A stretch of 64,000 bases of DNA from a virus. Below, piece by piece: positions 28,455-38,325 of the stretch. Location: IMG/VR virus record IMGVR_UViG_3300048580_000372, positions 1-64,000 of that record. The stretch is one strand, 5' to 3'. The notes under the pieces are model-generated. The model searched no databases, was not told the DNA's origin, and was given only the letters and a program-made list of their open reading frames with translations. The translations under genes were made by a program, and so were the position numbers. Within the stretch, counting starts at the first letter, position 1, and the number at the start of each line of letters is the position of its first letter.

Positions 28455-29024
28455 TTAACATATTTTCCATTTATTTTGTTTTTCTTTTGTTCTTATTTTA
28501 TATTTATAAGTATCTAAATATTGAATATCACCAATTAATGATGGATTTTGTATCACTATTGTTGTTCCCCAATCAGGATGCTTAAAAACAGTCCCATTTA
28601 ATTTTGTTGTTAACCCAAAGTCCTTTAACGTGGCTATTGAATTCGCCATATAATGACCTTTATCAAAAAAATCAGAAAACATTTCTATATCCCTAACTTG
28701 CCATTCACTTAAACTTTTATAATCAATACTCAAAATATCAAATTGATTTTTTAATGAAATTTCACCATAAACTTTTAATGCCAGTTCTTGTTCTAATATT
28801 AAAAAATTTTCTAACTTAACAATCCCTTTTATTATTTGTGACCCATAAGTTAAAATATCATCAATCCTATCCCAATCTAAAATACCATATACACCATTTC
28901 CATAATCACCATTTTCACTCACATAAAAACCTGACTTAAAATCTTTTGGATTTTTATTAGTACAATGATAGAATGGAACCCCAAATACATTAATATTTTC
29001 CAATAATAAATCAACGATCTTCAT
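28455..29024 (-). CDS. Possible ADP-ribosyltransferase-fold protein
   Basis: FYHCT...YGNGVY...YG pattern resembles phage ART-like domains. Confidence 0.4.
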   Translation of the reverse strand: MKIVDLLLENINVFGVPFYHCTNKNPKDFKSGFYVSENGDYGNGVYGILDWDRIDDILTYGSQIIKGIVKLENFLILEQELALKVYGEISLKNQFDILSIDYKSLSEWQVRDIEMFSDFFDKGHYMANSIATLKDFGLTTKLNGTVFKHPDWGTTIVIQNPSLIGDIQYLDTYKYKIRTKEKQNKWKIC

Positions 29025-29025
29025 A

Positions 29026-29673
29026 TTATTTGATATTTTTCAACAATTTAGCGACTTCTTCCTTCGCCACTAATGCATTTTCCCTTGCACGATGGAAACG
29101 ACCTTCAAATATGCTTCCTTGTTCGTTGTTTCTGCTTTCATAACATTGTTTGGCTTTCTTTTTAAAACGAATGGCATCAGCACGTTGGGTGTAATATGTT
29201 TCTTCTAATTGAAGAACTTTTTTAATATTTGTACCATTAATCATTTCGCCCTTGTTTAGATACCTTGTCAACAATAATGCAGCTTCATAAAGAATCAAAT
29301 CACTTGCAATATTTTGTTTAGAGTTACTATAAACAACATCATAAAATGAAGTATTACCAGAACCTTCGCTCAATCTTTGACGAATTTCATATTGCCCAAT
29401 CACTACACCATTTTGTGTCTTTTTACTATTGAGAGCATCATTGGCTTCAGTACTGTAATGGGATTCTTCAACCAATTGATTAACAGCATCATTACCAGCA
29501 CTATAAAATCTTGAAAGAATTTGTTTCATATCATCTTTCATATCAACTGAATTTTCCACAATGGCTGTGTGGGCTGAATTGATTGTTTGTTTAACAGGTG
29601 TTCCTTCTTCAACTGAATTTAATATGTTTAAAAGATTAGACATTGCGTTTACTTCTTCATGTGAAACTACCAT
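29026..29673 (-). CDS. Hypothetical late protein
   Basis: 215 aa; AAGGAG SD. Confidence 0.7.
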   Translation of the reverse strand: MVVSHEEVNAMSNLLNILNSVEEGTPVKQTINSAHTAIVENSVDMKDDMKQILSRFYSAGNDAVNQLVEESHYSTEANDALNSKKTQNGVVIGQYEIRQRLSEGSGNTSFYDVVYSNSKQNIASDLILYEAALLLTRYLNKGEMINGTNIKKVLQLEETYYTQRADAIRFKKKAKQCYESRNNEQGSIFEGRFHRARENALVAKEEVAKLLKNIK

Positions 29674-29685
29674 AATATTTCTCCT

Positions 29686-29913
29686 TTAATATCTCGAAAT
29701 TTCTTCAACGTTATTAATATAATAATAATATTTATCATCAATTTTTTCACGGAGTAGAATTTCTTTTGCGAACAATCGTCTGACTACTTCTAATTGACGT
29801 TCAGACAATTTCTCCCTTGGGTATTTATTATTGTTTTGTTTAATCATCTCTAAAATCATTGCTTCTTCATTGTTGACAACAATTTTACCTGTGGCTATTT
29901 CCCATGCTCTCAT
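29686..29913 (-). CDS. Small protein, possibly winged-helix
   Basis: MRAWEI start; LSERQ.EV.RRL..K.IL.R. Confidence 0.6.
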   Translation of the reverse strand: MRAWEIATGKIVVNNEEAMILEMIKQNNNKYPREKLSERQLEVVRRLFAKEILLREKIDDKYYYYINNVEEISRY

Positions 29914-31400
29914 ATTCCAATCTTCCCTCTAATCATTTCAATTGCCATATTGACATATTCCGAATCATCACTATTATCAAGATAATCTACTATTTGTTGT
30001 TGGTCAAAATGATCCCCCTTGACTTTCCCAATAGCATCACTGACAACATCATGGGCAATACCGGGTATATCAGACTCATCATAATGAACATCAAATACAG
30101 CTTTATTTAATAAAACATCTTGATATTGTGAATTTAAAATACGATTGATTTCAGATTTAATTTCACCATATACTTGGTCCATTTCCCTATCATTGATTTC
30201 ACCCGTGTATGGGTCATTGGTTATTTCACCAGGCACAGACTCCATAACTTGATCTGATGGATACATAAATTCTTCCCATTCTGGTGAACCATATTCTAAT
30301 CCAAGTTTTGCAGCTTCATTAGCTTTAATATCATATGCCTTATCATCATCTTGTTGTTCAAACTTTGATGCTGCTGCTTCCCTGCCTTGTGGTGTATTGT
30401 AATAGTCCAATAAACTCATTGCCTTACCACCAGAATTAGCACTTGCGACTATTCTGTTAGTGGTTTTTTCCACAACATAATTTTCACCATTCTTATAAAC
30501 AATATCAAATTCAAATTGTTCTGGGTCATATGATTCATTGATTTGTGCTGATTCTTTAATAACTTTGTTTGTCTTGGAATCAAATTTATAACCTTTGTCT
30601 TCCAATTCCCAAATCAATTTCAATGCATCATCTTTGCATTTGTCACCCATTTTTTCAAAGTGGGCTTTTTTGATATCACTTTTTGAAGTACTGGTTATTT
30701 TTTTGGAACGATATTTAGCATACCATTTTTCTGATTCTTGGCGCAAGTCATTAATACGTTTTTCATATCTTGCGATTTCTTCTGGTGTTATTACGTCTGG
30801 TTGTTGGGCTTTTGGTTCAACAATATCTTTATTTAAATTTGATATTGGTGGCTCATCACCTTCTTTTAAATCATCTCTCAAATGACCAAAATCATAATCA
30901 TCCTCATCCCCTTTTGCACAGGTTTTTTGATATTTTGGTGCTTTTGGGTTGACAACCTTTTTTTCTTTTTGATTAACAGGTGCCCATCCTTGTTTTTTAG
31001 CATTTTCAAAGACAATATAGCGTCCTGTTTTATTCAAAGTGTTCCCAAACCACATACTTTCGACTAAAGAAGTGCTTGTTTCAACATCACCTTCTGGATT
31101 AATAAGTTCAACTTCTAATTTTTTATCTTCTGCTTTTTCTTGAAAAAAATCAAAAGCATCTTCATAATCATTAAAAGATTTTCTTTTGCCATTGACGGTA
31201 ACGTACCACTTATTTTCATTTAATTTAGCACTTTCCAACATTGATTCTACTGGAATAAGTGTGGATAAACTTTTATATGCAGTTTGGGGGGTTATTTTTT
31301 TATTTTTAATACAGATATGTTCAACCGCTTCAGCGACAGACTCATCATAATCACCTGTATCCCAATAATTGGCCAAGAACATTTCCATGCCCTCGGCCAA
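29910..31400 (-). CDS. Acidic hypothetical protein (putative head-internal protein)
   Basis: 496 aa with many (L/I/V)xES segments; start uncertain. Confidence 0.65.
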   Translation of the reverse strand: MAEGMEMFLANYWDTGDYDESVAEAVEHICIKNKKITPQTAYKSLSTLIPVESMLESAKLNENKWYVTVNGKRKSFNDYEDAFDFFQEKAEDKKLEVELINPEGDVETSTSLVESMWFGNTLNKTGRYIVFENAKKQGWAPVNQKEKKVVNPKAPKYQKTCAKGDEDDYDFGHLRDDLKEGDEPPISNLNKDIVEPKAQQPDVITPEEIARYEKRINDLRQESEKWYAKYRSKKITSTSKSDIKKAHFEKMGDKCKDDALKLIWELEDKGYKFDSKTNKVIKESAQINESYDPEQFEFDIVYKNGENYVVEKTTNRIVASANSGGKAMSLLDYYNTPQGREAAASKFEQQDDDKAYDIKANEAAKLGLEYGSPEWEEFMYPSDQVMESVPGEITNDPYTGEINDREMDQVYGEIKSEINRILNSQYQDVLLNKAVFDVHYDESDIPGIAHDVVSDAIGKVKGDHFDQQQIVDYLDNSDDSEYVNMAIEMIRGKIGI

Positions 31401-31408
31401 TATTGAAC

Positions 31409-32779
31409 TTATCTTCTCACTTTTTTTTTACTTGTTTCAACAATTTTTGAGTTTTTCATTGTCAAATTGCGATGTTCACGCAATGCATCAATACCACGCC
31501 CACGAATTTCACTGACAAGGGATTCTAAACGAGACAACAATGGTTTGAATTCTGATAATTTAATATCAAGAATCTTTCCTTGAACACCATTCAATAAATC
31601 TTGGATTTCCCCATATGCATCTGCAGATACCGCTGGCATTGCAACTGGTTCAATGGATGGAACTGATGGTGGAGCAGATGGCATAACTGGTGTGTCCAAT
31701 TCTGCATCAACGTCATTACCAACTTCAAAATCAGCATCATCATCCAAATCTTCATCATAATCAGATGAATAATCTGTTGCATCATCGCCCATGGAAACCA
31801 TACCTGTTTCACCACCTGGGAAATTATCAGCCAAATCGCTTGCACCTGCTGCATCCATTGTACCACTAACATCAACTGGACCTGCACTCAATGCAGGGGA
31901 AGAACCAACAACGTTGTCATATTCTTCTTCTTCTCTAACTGGTGTTCTCATACCAGCTAATTGACGCATTCTTTCAATGCTTGGAATTCCTGTGATGCCC
32001 ATAACGCTTTCACTTATTTCATTTCTTTTAACCATTGTAATTTCTCCATTTATTGAAACTCTATATGTTCTATTTGGTCCTTCTTGTATTATAGTTGCAC
32101 AGCGACCATCGTTCAGAACAACTGTTTCATTTATATCAAAGTTATTTATCAAATCTTCTTCAATTGGTGTCCTTTTATTTTCACCTTTCTTCTTAAATTC
32201 CTTCTTTTTGTCAATTTGTGGTCCACCTTTTTTCATTAATGGATTGCTTCTTGCCATATTAGCCCGACTTGCCAATTTTTCTTCTTTTGTCCTAACATCT
32301 TTTTTAGATGATTCATTAAATAATCCATCAATTTGATCATTAATATCTTTTGTTTTTTCTTCATTATCTATGTCTTCAGAAGTATCTTCGTCTTCGTCTT
32401 CAGCATCCAAATTATCTTCTTCGTCTTCTTCTTTAGATTCTGTTTCTTCTTCAGGTTCTTCTTCGGGTTCTTCTGGCGCTTCAGGTTCAACTGGTTTTTC
32501 CTTTGGTTCTGGGGGAGCCTTGCCTTCAATTTTAGCCAATATATCAGCTGGAATTTCTACTTGTTTTAAACTCAAAAAATTCATAATTTCTTTTTTGGAT
32601 GAAACGTCTTTGTCCAATAACTCAATTAGATTTAATTCATCACCAATAGAAACATTACTTACAAGTTTAACTGCTGCTTCATCATCAATACCCAAAACAT
32701 TAGCCAAGGCTTTATGAATGGACCCTTTGGTATCATCTAACATACTTTCTTGCAATAATCTAAATAATTCAAAAGCCAT
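31409..32779 (-). CDS. Acidic low-complexity protein (putative head-internal/scaffold-like)
   Basis: 456 aa; E/D-rich tracts; RMRQLAG motif. Confidence 0.7.
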   Translation of the reverse strand: MAFELFRLLQESMLDDTKGSIHKALANVLGIDDEAAVKLVSNVSIGDELNLIELLDKDVSSKKEIMNFLSLKQVEIPADILAKIEGKAPPEPKEKPVEPEAPEEPEEEPEEETESKEEDEEDNLDAEDEDEDTSEDIDNEEKTKDINDQIDGLFNESSKKDVRTKEEKLASRANMARSNPLMKKGGPQIDKKKEFKKKGENKRTPIEEDLINNFDINETVVLNDGRCATIIQEGPNRTYRVSINGEITMVKRNEISESVMGITGIPSIERMRQLAGMRTPVREEEEYDNVVGSSPALSAGPVDVSGTMDAAGASDLADNFPGGETGMVSMGDDATDYSSDYDEDLDDDADFEVGNDVDAELDTPVMPSAPPSVPSIEPVAMPAVSADAYGEIQDLLNGVQGKILDIKLSEFKPLLSRLESLVSEIRGRGIDALREHRNLTMKNSKIVETSKKKVRR

Positions 32780-33024
32780 TATACTTGTTCCTTCGTTAAT
32801 ATTTTCGTTAATTTGGTCTTCTTTTTAAAGTCTTGTGGATTAATCAATTCTTCTTTGTTCTTTACCACTTTACCCTTGTCAGGACCATTTAAACATTTGA
32901 ATAGTTTGACCAATTTACCATCACGTTTACGCCAAACTATCCCAATATCCTCATTCAATATATTTAGAGAATTATTGTTTAAATCATCATTTCTTTTTGT
33001 TTCAAATAATTCCCATAAATCCAT
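32779..33024 (-). CDS. Small hypothetical protein
   Basis: MDLWELFE start; KC.NGP.KGKVV. Confidence 0.65.
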   Translation of the reverse strand: MDLWELFETKRNDDLNNNSLNILNEDIGIVWRKRDGKLVKLFKCLNGPDKGKVVKNKEELINPQDFKKKTKLTKILTKEQV

Positions 33025-33029
33025 TTTTC

Positions 33030-33458
33030 TTACCTTCCACCAGAATCACCTTGATAACCATAAGTACGATCACTTATTGGCATGTTACATACAGGTACTT
33101 TTTTACCTTTATTTTTATTAATAGCATCTATATATGCATTAATAGCATCTTCTTCGTTTTCATAGTGTAAACCTGGTGGATGAAAATAACCATTATATTT
33201 ACACCCGTCAACAAGACTACAATAATAAACATAATTTCCATCTTTATAAGGAGATACCTTATTAAAATGTTTTACTAATTTGCATAATTTTTCTTTTGGG
33301 TTTTCTTTACTTACAACCCAACGATATATTGGATTTCCACCTTTTACATTTCTAATTTCAAATTGTTCTCTGCTAATAGGTAGTGTAAAAGAACCCATTT
33401 CTTCTGTGGTCCCACTTTCTAATGCTTCCATTAATTTACGCATATATTGTCCTGACAT
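33030..33458 (-). CDS. Protein with MRKLME N-terminal motif
   Basis: AAGGAG SD. Confidence 0.65.
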   Translation of the reverse strand: MSGQYMRKLMEALESGTTEEMGSFTLPISREQFEIRNVKGGNPIYRWVVSKENPKEKLCKLVKHFNKVSPYKDGNYVYYCSLVDGCKYNGYFHPPGLHYENEEDAINAYIDAINKNKGKKVPVCNMPISDRTYGYQGDSGGR

Positions 33459-33476
33459 AATAATCTCCTTATTTAA

Positions 33477-34829
33477 TTATCTTCTCATTATCTTTGCAAC
33501 ACTTTCTACCAATGAGGCAATTTCATTATTTGTAGATTCATTAAAATTACTACCTTCAAATTCATCAACAATTTCCATCATATGTTGTGGTAAAATGTCA
33601 CAATCAATTCCAGGTAAAGTAACAAAGTCTTCACCATCCCAGTTAAATCTATCTTCAATTGATTTATAAGCATTATATATTGCATTACGTTCTTCAACAG
33701 AATAACAGTCTCTTGCACCGCCATCATTACAACAACCAATTGAATCATCTGATTCTTTAATTGCATATTTTTTGACTAATTCTGTTTCGCCAATATATTG
33801 AGCGAATGTTGTAACCAATTTACCATTTTCAAATATTGATTTCATGGAACTTTCTCCTAATTTATCTACTTTTTTTGTATAATCACGTTGTGCTTTTCTT
33901 TTTTTGGACAATAAATCATCTCTGCGTTTTTCATGGGATACCAATTCATGGGCACACATTGGTCCAGATTTATTTTCTTGTTCGATTTTATTTGTTGCAT
34001 GGTTGGATAATTCTTCTTCTGCATCTTTAATTGAACCTTCAACCAAATCTCTATCATAATCATAATCTCTATCATCACCCGGTTCAACACTATCATAACC
34101 AAATGTTAAAATAATATCTTCAATTTCATCCTTGGTGAATAAATCTGTAACATCTTCATCATTATCTGATCTTGTGACAAAATATTCATCAATATAACTT
34201 TGCATTACACCAACTTCTGGTTCTGCAGGTTGCATACGCCAAGTAATAGTTACCGGCACATCATCTTCACCATTGATATCCAAATTCCATCCCATTGATT
34301 TTGTTCCATTCCCTAAATCCATTTTACTTTCTCCTAATTTGTTTTTTCCACTTCCATCACAAACAGGACAACGAACTAACGCATTCTGTGTATGAAATTT
34401 ATATTTACCTGTTCCCTTGCATTTTTTACATGGGTTTTTCATTTCTTTTTTTGGGAGTGTTACCAACTCTTCATCAGACAAATCGCCCATCGCTTCATTC
34501 ATACTTTCTAATATACTATTACCCAAGTTATCCATTTTTGGAATTTCAACATCTAAAGAATGATCTTCTGGATATTCTTCATGCCATATACGCTTTACTT
34601 CATCAACAGATATATGAAATCCCTTGGCTGCATAAACCAATAATTCTGACACTGGAACTTCATAATCAATGCAGCTTTCATAAAACTCAATAAATTCCAC
34701 AACTGCTTTTTCAACATCATTATTATTATTCTTCATTAATTCCTTAACATCTGCAGCCACAACAGCATCATCTAAATGCCCAGGTACTCTTGGCTGCACA
34801 TTGCTAATTGTCATTTCTTTTAGTTTCAT
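33477..34829 (-). CDS. Modular acidic protein containing a DnaJ-type CxxCxGxG Zn-finger pair
   Basis: CKKCKGTG...CPVCDGSG; modules separated by (L/I)xES. Confidence 0.7.
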   Translation of the reverse strand: MKLKEMTISNVQPRVPGHLDDAVVAADVKELMKNNNNDVEKAVVEFIEFYESCIDYEVPVSELLVYAAKGFHISVDEVKRIWHEEYPEDHSLDVEIPKMDNLGNSILESMNEAMGDLSDEELVTLPKKEMKNPCKKCKGTGKYKFHTQNALVRCPVCDGSGKNKLGESKMDLGNGTKSMGWNLDINGEDDVPVTITWRMQPAEPEVGVMQSYIDEYFVTRSDNDEDVTDLFTKDEIEDIILTFGYDSVEPGDDRDYDYDRDLVEGSIKDAEEELSNHATNKIEQENKSGPMCAHELVSHEKRRDDLLSKKRKAQRDYTKKVDKLGESSMKSIFENGKLVTTFAQYIGETELVKKYAIKESDDSIGCCNDGGARDCYSVEERNAIYNAYKSIEDRFNWDGEDFVTLPGIDCDILPQHMMEIVDEFEGSNFNESTNNEIASLVESVAKIMRR

Positions 34830-35197
34830 TACCTATTACTCCAATCCATTTGGTTATTATTTATTTATCATTTTTTTAAAATTTTGATAAATAAAATAAT
34901 AATCAAGAAATAAGGATTTTAAAAATGCGTGAATTTGATATAGTCAACGAAGCTAATATGGGACAAAAAGTATTATACCAAAGACCTACAAAAAATGAAA
35001 AACATGGCTGCTCGTTATGGTAGGACAATATTAATTGCACTCGACCCAAAAACTTATAAACAAGAATATTACAAAAAATTATATACATTGAAATATAACG
35101 GACTTCATGGGAAAATTGAATATAAAAACAAACCAGAAAGCGAAGACCAATTAATTCCACAAACCAAACAACATTTTGGGCATTTTTATCCTCTTCA

Positions 35198-36585
35198 GAC
35201 GAAGAAACCCCCCATTCAGGTGGGTCGGAAATGCTTCGCATTTCTTGGGATGAATTTGGATCTCCCATCGTTGGCTTTAAATAAATACAAATAAATAATT
35301 AATATATTGACAACTTATTGGTAATAAAGTATAAATAGTATTATGATAAATAAGGCATTCAAATTTAGACTAAAACCAACCCAAGATCAAGTAATCAAAT
35401 TGACTCAGTGGTTTGGAATAAGTCGCTTTATTTATAATTATTGTCTCCAAGAGAACATCCAATATTACCAAGAAACCAAAAAATTCCTTTTTTATAATAC
35501 TTTGGGAGTTAGATTACCAGACCTGAAAAAAATCTATCCTTGGTTATCCGATATACCAAGCCAATCTTTACAACAAAAAATGAGAGATTTCGAAAAATCA
35601 CTAAAGGCATCTTATAAACAAAAAGATGCAGGATTCCCAAAATTCAGATCAAAGCACATCGAGTCCCATAATAGTTTCCGTATTATTCAGACCAATGGAC
35701 ATATAAAACCAACAGCCAGTCATATAATCATCCCAAAATTAGGTGATGTCAAATGGAAACGTCACAGACCACTTGAGGGGAAACTAAAAAGTATAACAAT
35801 TAAAAAAGAAAATAATTATTATTGGTGTGTATGCCTTTGTGAATTACCAGATATACAACCAATACAAGAATTTACTTCTAAAAATTTGGTTGGTATTGAT
35901 GTCGGATTAACGACTTATGCTATAACCTCAGATGGAGAGGTATTTGATACACCAAAGTTTTATCGCAAGAAACAAAAGAAATTAAAGAAATTACAACGAG
36001 TTTTATCGAAAAAGAAAAAAGACTCTAAAAATAGACAAAAAGCCAAAGCGAAAGTGAATAAATTACACTATAAAATAAAAAGCCAAAGACTTGACTTCAT
36101 TCATCAGATAAGTAGTTCGATAACCAAGAATTATTTATTTGTAGGAATTGAGGATCTGAATCTAAAAGGAATGAGTAAATTATATGGTAAGTCAGTAACT
36201 GACCAGTCATTTAATATGTTCTTCCAACAATTAACATATAAAAGTTTATGGAATGGTGGGGCAACGATAAAGATTAATCGTTGGGCACCATCCAGTAAAA
36301 CTTGTTCCCATTGTGGTAATGTCAAAGAAAAACTGTCATTATCAGAAAGAACTTATGTGTGTTCAGAGTGTGGGTTGGTAATTGATAGAGATGCCAATGC
36401 AACCATTAATATTAAAAAATGGGCATTGGCTGAACTAATGAATAGGTATGGAACATACCAAATTAAAGCCTGTGGAGATACCTCTGATGGGATAGAGAAA
36501 TCTATTAGTCAAGTATCGTTGAATCAGGAAAAGTTCCCTCTTATTGTAGAGGGAAGCCCAGTCCTTTAGGGATGGGGTAGTTCAC
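35198..36585 (+). mobile_element. IS200/IS605-family non-autonomous (TnpB-only, IS1341-like) element
   Basis: Related subterminal hairpins GAAACCCCCCATTCAGGTGGGT (left) and GAAGCCCAGTCCTTTAGGGATGGGG-TAGTTCAC (right); no tnpA; removal restores the flanking reading frame. Confidence 0.8.
35343..36569 (+). CDS. tnpB: TnpB RNA-guided endonuclease
   Basis: KAFKFRLKPT HTH start; RuvC GIDVG, IEDL, DRDANA; Zn finger CSHC...CSEC. Confidence 0.95.
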   Translation: MINKAFKFRLKPTQDQVIKLTQWFGISRFIYNYCLQENIQYYQETKKFLFYNTLGVRLPDLKKIYPWLSDIPSQSLQQKMRDFEKSLKASYKQKDAGFPKFRSKHIESHNSFRIIQTNGHIKPTASHIIIPKLGDVKWKRHRPLEGKLKSITIKKENNYYWCVCLCELPDIQPIQEFTSKNLVGIDVGLTTYAITSDGEVFDTPKFYRKKQKKLKKLQRVLSKKKKDSKNRQKAKAKVNKLHYKIKSQRLDFIHQISSSITKNYLFVGIEDLNLKGMSKLYGKSVTDQSFNMFFQQLTYKSLWNGGATIKINRWAPSSKTCSHCGNVKEKLSLSERTYVCSECGLVIDRDANATINIKKWALAELMNRYGTYQIKACGDTSDGIEKSISQVSLNQEKFPLIVEGSPVL

Positions 36586-36877
36586 CAAATTATTGAACAA
36601 AATATTAAAGATATAATAGCCAATCCAGAAAATACCAAAAAAGCCTGTAATGAAATTTTCAAAAAAATGAAAGATTATGGTGGGTATAATGATTATAATG
36701 ATGAAATTGTATCTGATACAATGAAAAACAATCTCCATTTATATAAAGGATTTGGTATAAAAAAATTCTTACTATTATTGAAACAACGTGGGTTCTTATC
36801 TCCCCAAGACACCAAGAAAATTTTTAAAAAATTCGTCAATCAATTTGGTGATGATGTGTAAAATTTTAAAAAATCAC

Positions 36878-36906
36878 TTGACATTAAAATCAAACCTGCT
36901 ATACTT
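36878..36906 (+). promoter_or_regulatory. Early promoter of the large ncRNA
   Basis: TTGACA-ttaaaatcaaacctgc-TATACT. Confidence 0.8.
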
Positions 36907-36911
36907 ATATT

Positions 36912-37425
36912 ATGGATTGGGAAGTAACCAACCAAACAGATTTTAGAAATTCAACCCTCTGAGGAGGATGGAGAGCCAAGGTCGGATGTGGGTTAGTTTG
37001 AAAGGGCTAACGAAGTTTCGACAAAGTTTTGTTAGGATGCACGTAATGACCTATCGGCTGGTCATCCATTTAAAATGGTTGTGCCCTTCAACCATAGGGC
37101 GTCATGAACCCTTAGAAGAGATGCTGGTTCGAATCCAGTCTGACAAATAAGCTTGGGTGTTTTGAGCAGCGATTGCGCTCCACCCCTTTCTATAGGGAAG
37201 AAATTCCCACAGTTGTCCCTGTTGGGTTCGAGTCCCAACTTGTGTATGGTAGTGAAAGGAAACAGTAACCGTTGGAAATGATATCAATGCCAACGCCAAA
37301 AGGTTCCAAGTAATGAGGCCAAACTATTTGTGGAAAAATATTGGGTAAAGTTTTAGGATAAACTCCAATAAAGGTTCGCGACCACCACATTTAGGTCGGG
37401 TTCGATCCCCGCTGACGCTAAAAAT
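36912..37425 (+). ncRNA. Large structured non-coding RNA of unknown class
   Basis: GC-richer gap without a credible ORF, between promoter and terminator; three T-loop hairpins (37123-37139, 37221-37239, 37397-37411); GAAA tetraloop; long-range helices. Confidence 0.7.
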
Positions 37426-37427
37426 AA

Positions 37428-37452
37428 AAATGGGAGCCAAAGGCTCCCATTT
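37428..37452. terminator. Bidirectional terminator
   Basis: AAATGGGAGCC-aaa-GGCTCCCATTT. Confidence 0.85.
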
Positions 37453-37474
37453 CTTTTTCTCAATTCATTGCGAA

Positions 37475-37867
37475 TTAAAGAACGTCTGCTTCTACAACTA
37501 CTACGTTGTCTGTTGCATCACCAACATTCACGAAGCCTGCAATGCCATTGAGCATTGAGCCAAGTTCTGCTGTACTTACTGCTTTGGTGTGTTCAACAGC
37601 GAAGCGGAAAGTATATGTGTTGCCTGAAACATATGCTGGTACTGAACCTGGGTCTGTACCAACGTTAGTTACAACGCCACCCATGATAACTGGTTGAGCA
37701 CGCATGGAGATTGCTTCAACCAATTTGTCCAATGCAACTTGTGTAGCTGCTGCTGGGTCTGCGCTTGCGCTTGGAGTAATATTCACTGTTGTATAAACTG
37801 TGAAGAAATCCATATTGCCAGTTAAATGTTCCCCTGGAAAGGAAGTTCCGTGTACTTTGTCTACCAT
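37475..37867 (-). CDS. Putative abundant small virion protein
   Basis: MVDKVHG start; AAGGAG SD; GATAAATA promoter and own terminator; Ala/Val/Thr-rich. Confidence 0.6.
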   Translation of the reverse strand: MVDKVHGTSFPGEHLTGNMDFFTVYTTVNITPSASADPAAATQVALDKLVEAISMRAQPVIMGGVVTNVGTDPGSVPAYVSGNTYTFRFAVEHTKAVSTAELGSMLNGIAGFVNVGDATDNVVVVEADVL

Positions 37868-37975
37868 TTTAAATTCTCCTTTAATTAGAATTAATTTGTT
37901 GTATATTTATTTATCTTTTTATTCTAAAACTGTGTCCCAAATATTATAAAAATTCACCTTTTTTAAAAATTATTT

Positions 37976-38302
37976 TTAATCGTTGAATTCACGCTCGCTT
38001 TCATAACGAGAATGTTCGTTACTTTCATCAGAAATCCACATAGAGACCGCGGACATCATCGCAGATTGAAGATCTTCATTTTCTGGTGGCCAATTACCCC
38101 TTGATGTTAAATCACCCAATTCAAGTTCTGGATGGGTTGTTTTTGCCCAATTGGCTACTACCGCCCAAAAAGCATTTTCTGCTTCTTGAACAACACCTTC
38201 AAGCTCCATATCCATATCTTTGAAATAACCTTCATTGAGTTTTTTAGTTGGTTCAATAGTTTCATTAATAATATTCATGAATTGTCTTAAATTTTGGTTC
38301 AT
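37976..38302 (-). CDS. Small acidic protein with LRQFMNIINE N-terminus
   Basis: AGGAG SD. Confidence 0.65.
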   Translation of the reverse strand: MNQNLRQFMNIINETIEPTKKLNEGYFKDMDMELEGVVQEAENAFWAVVANWAKTTHPELELGDLTSRGNWPPENEDLQSAMMSAVSMWISDESNEHSRYESEREFND

Positions 38303-38325
38303 AATTCTTCTCCTAACAAGATATT

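Larger units (their letters stand above)
34925..36861 (+). pseudogene. Phage late gene disrupted by the TnpB element and by an early frameshift
   Basis: MREFDIVNE start after GATAAATA and SD; frame change near 34965-34985; ...HFYPL before the IS rejoins in frame with QIIEQNIK...MKDYGG after it. Confidence 0.65.

Noticed and set aside
37100-37420. Three tRNA genes
   Set aside because: Only T-arms are present; I could not build D-arms, anticodon arms or local acceptor stems with CCA at tRNA spacing.
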